Shown here: piece by piece, positions 26,723-32,000 of the stretch
How the letters are laid out: every line of letters begins with the position of its first letter
Numbering within the stretch: the stretch's first letter is position 1
Source of the DNA: Candidatus Midichloria mitochondrii IricVA
GTDB taxonomy: Bacteria > Pseudomonadota > Alphaproteobacteria > Rickettsiales > Midichloriaceae
Length of the DNA: 32,000 nt
Reading direction: 5' to 3'
Assembly: GCF_000219355.1 (NCBI RefSeq)
Contig: NC_015722.1
Coordinates: 120,001 to 152,000 of the forward strand
Notes under the pieces: generated by a model
Told to the model about the DNA's origin: nothing
What the model saw: the letters and a program-made list of their open reading frames with translations, nothing else
Database searches by the model: none
Translations under genes and position numbers: made by a program

Positions 26723-28558
26723 ATGCTGGCAGCTTTAAGAAAAAGTTTAAATCATATAATAACCAAAATATTTTTAGGATTACTTGTTTTGACCTTTATA
26801 CTGTGGGAGGTCGGATATATACTAAGGGGTTCCAAAACATATATGGCCTTCAAAGTCGGAAATGTCGAGTATACAAAATCTGAATGGGGAAAGTTTTATC
26901 GTGCCCAATTTGATAGATTAGGGGATGAATATAAACAAGTGTACGGAATTAATAGTAGAGAATTACAGGATTTATTCTTAAAGCAATTAATAAACTCTGC
27001 TTTGCTTAAAGAAGAAGTTAGGCGATTAGGTATCTCTGTAGGAGATGATGCTGTAAAATACGAAATAATTAACAACATGCCAGGTTTCATGAGAGATGGG
27101 AGGTTTGATAAGGATCTACTAACTGATTTTTTGAAAAAGATGAACATCTCAGAAACCTTTTTTATTGAAAAAATTAGAGAAGAGTTGGCCCAGAAGGTCT
27201 TAGTTGAAGTAATTTCGTCAGGCAATCTACTAAATAATACCCTGTTAGAGCAAATAACTCAGGCATTATATTCAAAAAGGGAAATCGAGATATATCAGCC
27301 TAATATCTATCATTTTGACGTGAAGAGTGGGCCAACTGATGATGAGTTGCAGAAGGTTCTTGAAACTAACAAAGAGCTTTTTACTGTTCCAGAAAAAAGA
27401 GCGGTTACATTTTTTAAATTTAATTTAGAAGATGCAGATAAAGTCCAAGAAAAAATTTCGCAAGAAGAGTTAGAGAATTTTTACAAGGAGCGTTCTTATC
27501 TATTTGTATTACCAGAAAAGCGCAAATTTTTAAAAATGGTTTTTGCTGATGAAAAGCAAGCTAAATTGAATTATGATAAATTGACCGCTGGAGGAGATTT
27601 TGTAAGCTTAGCAAAATCCTTGAAACAAGAAATAGGCTTAAATAGTCAGGCTATGAGTAGAGATGGATTTAGTGAAGATGTTGCTAATATTATTTTTTCA
27701 TTAAGGCAAAACGAAATTAGTAAGCCGATCATTACCCCTTTTGGATGGTGCATTTTTAAGGTCGTTGATATCGTTCCTGAATTTATACAGCCCATGGAAG
27801 TTGTTAGGAAAGAGATAGGACGGCAAATCACAGAGCAGCGCTGTTATGACAGGTACTTGAAGAAGATTCAAGGTATTGAACGTGATATCACTCAAAATAT
27901 ACCTATAGAAGCAATCGCTGCATCATATGGCTTAAAGCTGCAGAATGCTACCATCACCTTTGACATACAAAAATATGACGAAAAAAATATTTTGCAAAAC
28001 AGGGTATTCTTAAATACAGCGTTTTCTATTCAGGAAGGCGTGACGTCCGGAGTTATCTCTTCTCTTCCAGATAGTGAAAGCTTTGTGGTTAAAGTAAATA
28101 AAATAGAGCCTTCATACATTATAGTCTTTGACCAAATAAAAGATAAACTGGCAGCCATATGGAAAGAGGGAGTTCAAAAAAAGATGGCTGTTTCTGTAAT
28201 GAACAGCGTCAGAGAGCGAGTTGCAAGAGGCGAAAAATTTGTAGAACCTGGAATCAAAATTACTAAAAAATTCTTATCGATTAATAGTAATAAAGAATTT
28301 AATACTGAGGATTTGCTCGAAATATTCAATACACCGGTAAACCAAGTTACAAGAATTTTTGAAGCTGCACCTGATGAGCAATTCTTTGTAAAAATTTTAT
28401 CAGCGCAAAAGTTATCTGATACTGAGATTAAAAAGGCTGCAAAGCAGGAAGCAGCAAAACTTAATAATCTCCAGGATGTAATTTTGAATGATTATTTTTT
28501 ACACCTACAAAAGGTTCATAAAGTAGAAGTATATGATATATCACTGCCAAACTTCTAG
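26723..28558 (+). CDS. ppiD: PpiD-like periplasmic chaperone / peptidyl-prolyl isomerase D
   Basis: 611 aa. It has an N-terminal membrane anchor, a SurA-N-like region (LINSALLKEEVRRLGISV) and a parvulin-like core (EISKPIITPFGWCIFKV). Confidence 0.7.
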   Translation: MLAALRKSLNHIITKIFLGLLVLTFILWEVGYILRGSKTYMAFKVGNVEYTKSEWGKFYRAQFDRLGDEYKQVYGINSRELQDLFLKQLINSALLKEEVRRLGISVGDDAVKYEIINNMPGFMRDGRFDKDLLTDFLKKMNISETFFIEKIREELAQKVLVEVISSGNLLNNTLLEQITQALYSKREIEIYQPNIYHFDVKSGPTDDELQKVLETNKELFTVPEKRAVTFFKFNLEDADKVQEKISQEELENFYKERSYLFVLPEKRKFLKMVFADEKQAKLNYDKLTAGGDFVSLAKSLKQEIGLNSQAMSRDGFSEDVANIIFSLRQNEISKPIITPFGWCIFKVVDIVPEFIQPMEVVRKEIGRQITEQRCYDRYLKKIQGIERDITQNIPIEAIAASYGLKLQNATITFDIQKYDEKNILQNRVFLNTAFSIQEGVTSGVISSLPDSESFVVKVNKIEPSYIIVFDQIKDKLAAIWKEGVQKKMAVSVMNSVRERVARGEKFVEPGIKITKKFLSINSNKEFNTEDLLEIFNTPVNQVTRIFEAAPDEQFFVKILSAQKLSDTEIKKAAKQEAAKLNNLQDVILNDYFLHLQKVHKVEVYDISLPNF

Positions 28559-29629
<1,071 letters not shown>

Positions 29630-29714
29630 AGTAAAGCGTTGGGCTTAAGGTCTAACTTTTTCCCTCTCCACGCCCTTGCATTAAGTAAACTATTGCCGAG
29701 GATAGCGATGGCTG

Positions 29715-29746
29715 CCAATAAAAAACCCCGCGCTGTGCCGGGGGGG
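29715..29746 (-). terminator. Intrinsic terminator read on the minus strand
   Basis: The minus strand reads CCCCG-GCACAGCG-CGGGG followed by TTTTTTATT. That is a 5-bp all-G:C stem, an 8-nt loop and a U6 tract. The plus strand has no comparable T-run. Confidence 0.5.
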
Positions 29747-30132
29747 ATCCCACCATGCCATATTCTAGCGCTGCTATGGGCCCCTCTTTTAGGCATTGAA
29801 CATGGGGAGCTCTGTCGTCTACACCTTTTACAATCAGAAAACGAGCTTTATGTTAGGAGAATAGCAGAACTCCACATCACTAGAATCAATCTCTCGGTCA
29901 TTACAAAAGAGAACTATTTTATCACGCTCACTGTTGAAGTGTCTGATAAAGCTAACTTTCTGATCGTTATATATATTGCTTTGACATACATCTACAAAGA
30001 TGCTACCTCTGCCAGATCCAGCCTACGTAACTTAAGCCAGAAGAACCGACTAAATTTCACTACCAGTTGGGGGCTCCCAATGCTTTCATATAGTGCTTAA
30101 TGCCTACAAGGCCCTCCATAGCGCTGCATGAT

Positions 30133-30454
30133 TTAACACATGATATCAGAGGCAACGGCACAGCCATACCGAATATCAAGATTTTTGCATTCGAATTGAC
30201 TTAAGACTTAAGAAATCTAAGGCGGCTAGAGAATTTCTTTTCTGTTGTTTAGTAAAGATTACTTCGTTAGTTAAGTAATTTTTTCTGCATTTCACTTCAA
30301 CAAATAAAAGGGAATGCGCCTGAATTGCAATAATATCTATCTCGCCAAACTTACCTTTCCATCTTTTTTTAATAATTTTATATCCCAAATCTATTAGATA
30401 TCTCTCAACAAGCTCTTCAGCTTCTATACCAACTCTATAATTAGATTTTTGCAT
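30133..30454 (-). CDS. yraN: YraN-family (UPF0102) endonuclease-like protein, with a probable one-base frameshift near its 3' end
   Basis: The 92-aa ORF (30176..30454) carries GEIDIIA..LLFVEVKCR. The expected C-terminal D-x-R-[FY]-D/x motif appears in another frame (NLDIRYGCAVASDIMC*, stop at 30133-30135). The frames join if the A5 run at 30182-30186 were A4. Confidence 0.65.
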
Positions 30455-30473
30455 GTTGAGTAGGGTACTTTAG

Positions 30474-30519
30474 AAAAGTAAAAATAGCCTACCGATGCTT
30501 TAAAGCAAAGATAGGCTAT
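30474..30519 (-). terminator. Putative intrinsic terminator of tlc
   Basis: Hairpin ATAGCCTA..(loop containing the palindrome GCTTTAAAGC)..TAGGCTAT, followed on the minus strand by TTTTTACTTTT. It begins about 28 nt after the tlc stop. Confidence 0.5.
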
Positions 30520-30546
30520 AAGTTTGGGTAAAACTATTTATTAGTA

Positions 30547-31992
30547 TTAGTCTCTTTTATTAACAAGCAAAGTATAGTCCTTATTTAAGCCTCTAACCGC
30601 AAGTATCCAACAGATCATTAAGAATAAAAATATTCCGGTAAGTGTTGGAGTAATGGTTGAGAATGTTGCCATAGGGAAAAGCATAAATATAGAGGATTGG
30701 ATTATAGCTCCGCCAGATTTGGCTAGCCTTCCTCCAACAACATCTACCGCTGCCTTACCTTTGCTTTTTAATTCGTCATCTAATGGAATAAACGCCATTT
30801 CTTTTGTTGCATCAAACATAGTGTATTTTGTTGCCTTACTTAATACATTTTGTAGAGCACCTAAAAATACTGCGATGACTATTGGGCTCATTTTCATGAA
30901 ATCTTCCATCCATGGCGCTAACTCTTTTTCAAAAATAACGAATGCAAAGAAACCTCCACCAGTTATTAAGATCATTAGAGGAGTAATAATTGCAGCGGTA
31001 AACCAGCGTACATTTTTTAAGATATTACTACCAAGGATCATAAATAGTATAGTGACAATTCCTGTCCACTGAATAAATTCTCCCATGAAGTGAGCATATT
31101 CATTTTGGGTTGGATAAAGCTCACGAATTTTTGCTTTCCAAGGTCCTTCTACCAAGTTAATAGTTGTTCCATAGCAAAGTACTAATAGTACTATGAAACC
31201 AAGGTATCTAGAATGGAATATCAACTTAATACTCTCTGAAACGGATAATTTTAGTTTCCTCTTTCCTTCGCCAGCTTTAGGAGTATAGTATCTCGGGTCA
31301 GTTAAAACATGTACATTCATCCATCTATATATGGCCATTACTAAAAGACCAGAAATAATTAGAGCGGCCATTGAAAATACGATAAGATCATTATCATTGC
31401 CAGCCTCTGTAGACATTTTGGAAAATTGTATCACGGCGTTACCCGCAAAAATTAGACCAACATTTCCTATCAAGCCAAACATAGAATAAAACCGTTTTGC
31501 TTCTTCGGTTTTGGTAATACGGTTGGCAAACTGCCAAAACATCAAGTTAATCATTGCAGCCCCCCAGAGCTCAGCAAAGATATAAAATAAAGCAAAGGAC
31601 CATCTACCTGCTAGCAGAATTAACCACTTCAGGTTTGGTAATTGATGTGCTAAATTTTTAATCGTTTCAGGATCTGGATGAACAACATCACGATAAGGAT
31701 AAAGTACAATAGCAAAGATAGCAAAAAATACTATAAAGAAGGAAGTTACAGCGTAGAACAATTTTTCATAGTCCATTACATTGCTTAACTTCATATAAAT
31801 TATAGTAAAAAGTATCGCTGATGGAAGAACACACCACAACTTAACGAAACTTATAACTTCGGCTCCTAAGTTTGGTATAACTAAACTGTCTTTTAGGGGC
31901 CTTAATGTACTAAAATTAAACAATATAAAAAACATCATTAATGTCATCGGGATAAATTTTTTCGCCTCTGACATTTTAATAGGACAAAGCAT
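30547..31992 (-). CDS. tlc: ATP/ADP translocase (Tlc / NTT nucleotide transporter family)
   Basis: 481-aa polytopic ORF with family text FNFSTLRPLKDSLV, ALFYIFAELWG, EAKRFYSMFGLIGNVG and GKAAVDVVGGRLAKSGGA. The start may be the internal ATG at 31974 (MSEAKKF). Which paralog this is cannot be determined. Confidence 0.95.
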   Translation of the reverse strand: MLCPIKMSEAKKFIPMTLMMFFILFNFSTLRPLKDSLVIPNLGAEVISFVKLWCVLPSAILFTIIYMKLSNVMDYEKLFYAVTSFFIVFFAIFAIVLYPYRDVVHPDPETIKNLAHQLPNLKWLILLAGRWSFALFYIFAELWGAAMINLMFWQFANRITKTEEAKRFYSMFGLIGNVGLIFAGNAVIQFSKMSTEAGNDNDLIVFSMAALIISGLLVMAIYRWMNVHVLTDPRYYTPKAGEGKRKLKLSVSESIKLIFHSRYLGFIVLLVLCYGTTINLVEGPWKAKIRELYPTQNEYAHFMGEFIQWTGIVTILFMILGSNILKNVRWFTAAIITPLMILITGGGFFAFVIFEKELAPWMEDFMKMSPIVIAVFLGALQNVLSKATKYTMFDATKEMAFIPLDDELKSKGKAAVDVVGGRLAKSGGAIIQSSIFMLFPMATFSTITPTLTGIFLFLMICWILAVRGLNKDYTLLVNKRD

Positions 31993-32000
31993 TTGCCAGA

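Noticed and set aside
29639-30100. The 153-codon plus-strand ORF could be a real protein gene.
   Set aside because: It has a TTG start with no obvious RBS, no recognisable family, and odd Cys/Arg/Leu-rich composition. It runs through a hairpin that only makes sense as a minus-strand terminator. I keep it as an open question under the findings rather than as a feature.
29640-30132. The GC-rich segment could be RNase P RNA, tmRNA (one- or two-piece), 5S rRNA or SRP RNA.
   Set aside because: Neither strand has the near-universal P4 text (GGAAAGUCC ... ACAGAA..GGCUUA in that order). There is no T-loop (GGUUCGAAUCC-like) followed by an acceptor strand and CCA. The ..GGGAUCCCACCA at 29744-29755 is preceded by the terminator hairpin rather than a T arm. 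There is no tag ORF ending in ..LAA/VAA-stop. Resemblance to 5S is limited to short strings.

Overview
This AT-rich window looks like it comes from an obligate-intracellular, Rickettsiales-type alphaproteobacterium. That reading rests on a Tlc ATP/ADP translocase, ankyrin-repeat proteins, compact core genes, and many decayed insertion sequences. Intact or nearly intact core genes are ftsY, tRNA-Arg(CCU), holA, nadE, map, a COQ9-family gene, a DUF721/DciA-like gene, a DAACS symporter, an lptF/G-family permease, phaR, secD, lpxC, rseP, bamA, skp, ppiD, tgt, yraN and tlc. Between them lie remnants of two IS families. The IS1-like family has three copies plus a solo terminal repeat, and the IS982-like family has one truncated copy plus two copies of a nested junction. 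Pseudogenes include rlmN, a family-2 glycosyltransferase and an ankyrin-repeat gene. I found no CRISPR array and no recognisable defence, toxin-antitoxin, secretion or biosynthetic cassette, so I cannot support a discrete novel multi-gene system here. Four items seem most worth a second look. (1) A 329-bp, 328/329-identical inverted duplication of the DUF721/DciA-like gene start sits inside the dead rlmN and brackets a roughly 1-kb segment that could invert. (2) The same nested IS982-in-IS982 junction occurs twice in inverted orientation around a 4.7-kb block of core genes. (3) A roughly 0.4-kb segment between tgt and yraN is conspicuously GC-rich, ends at a minus-strand intrinsic terminator, and matches no RNA or protein family I can recognise. 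(4) Single-A indels in short poly(A) runs interrupt three otherwise well-conserved genes (bamA, lptF/G, yraN). All functional calls come from motif recognition by eye and were not confirmed by any database search.
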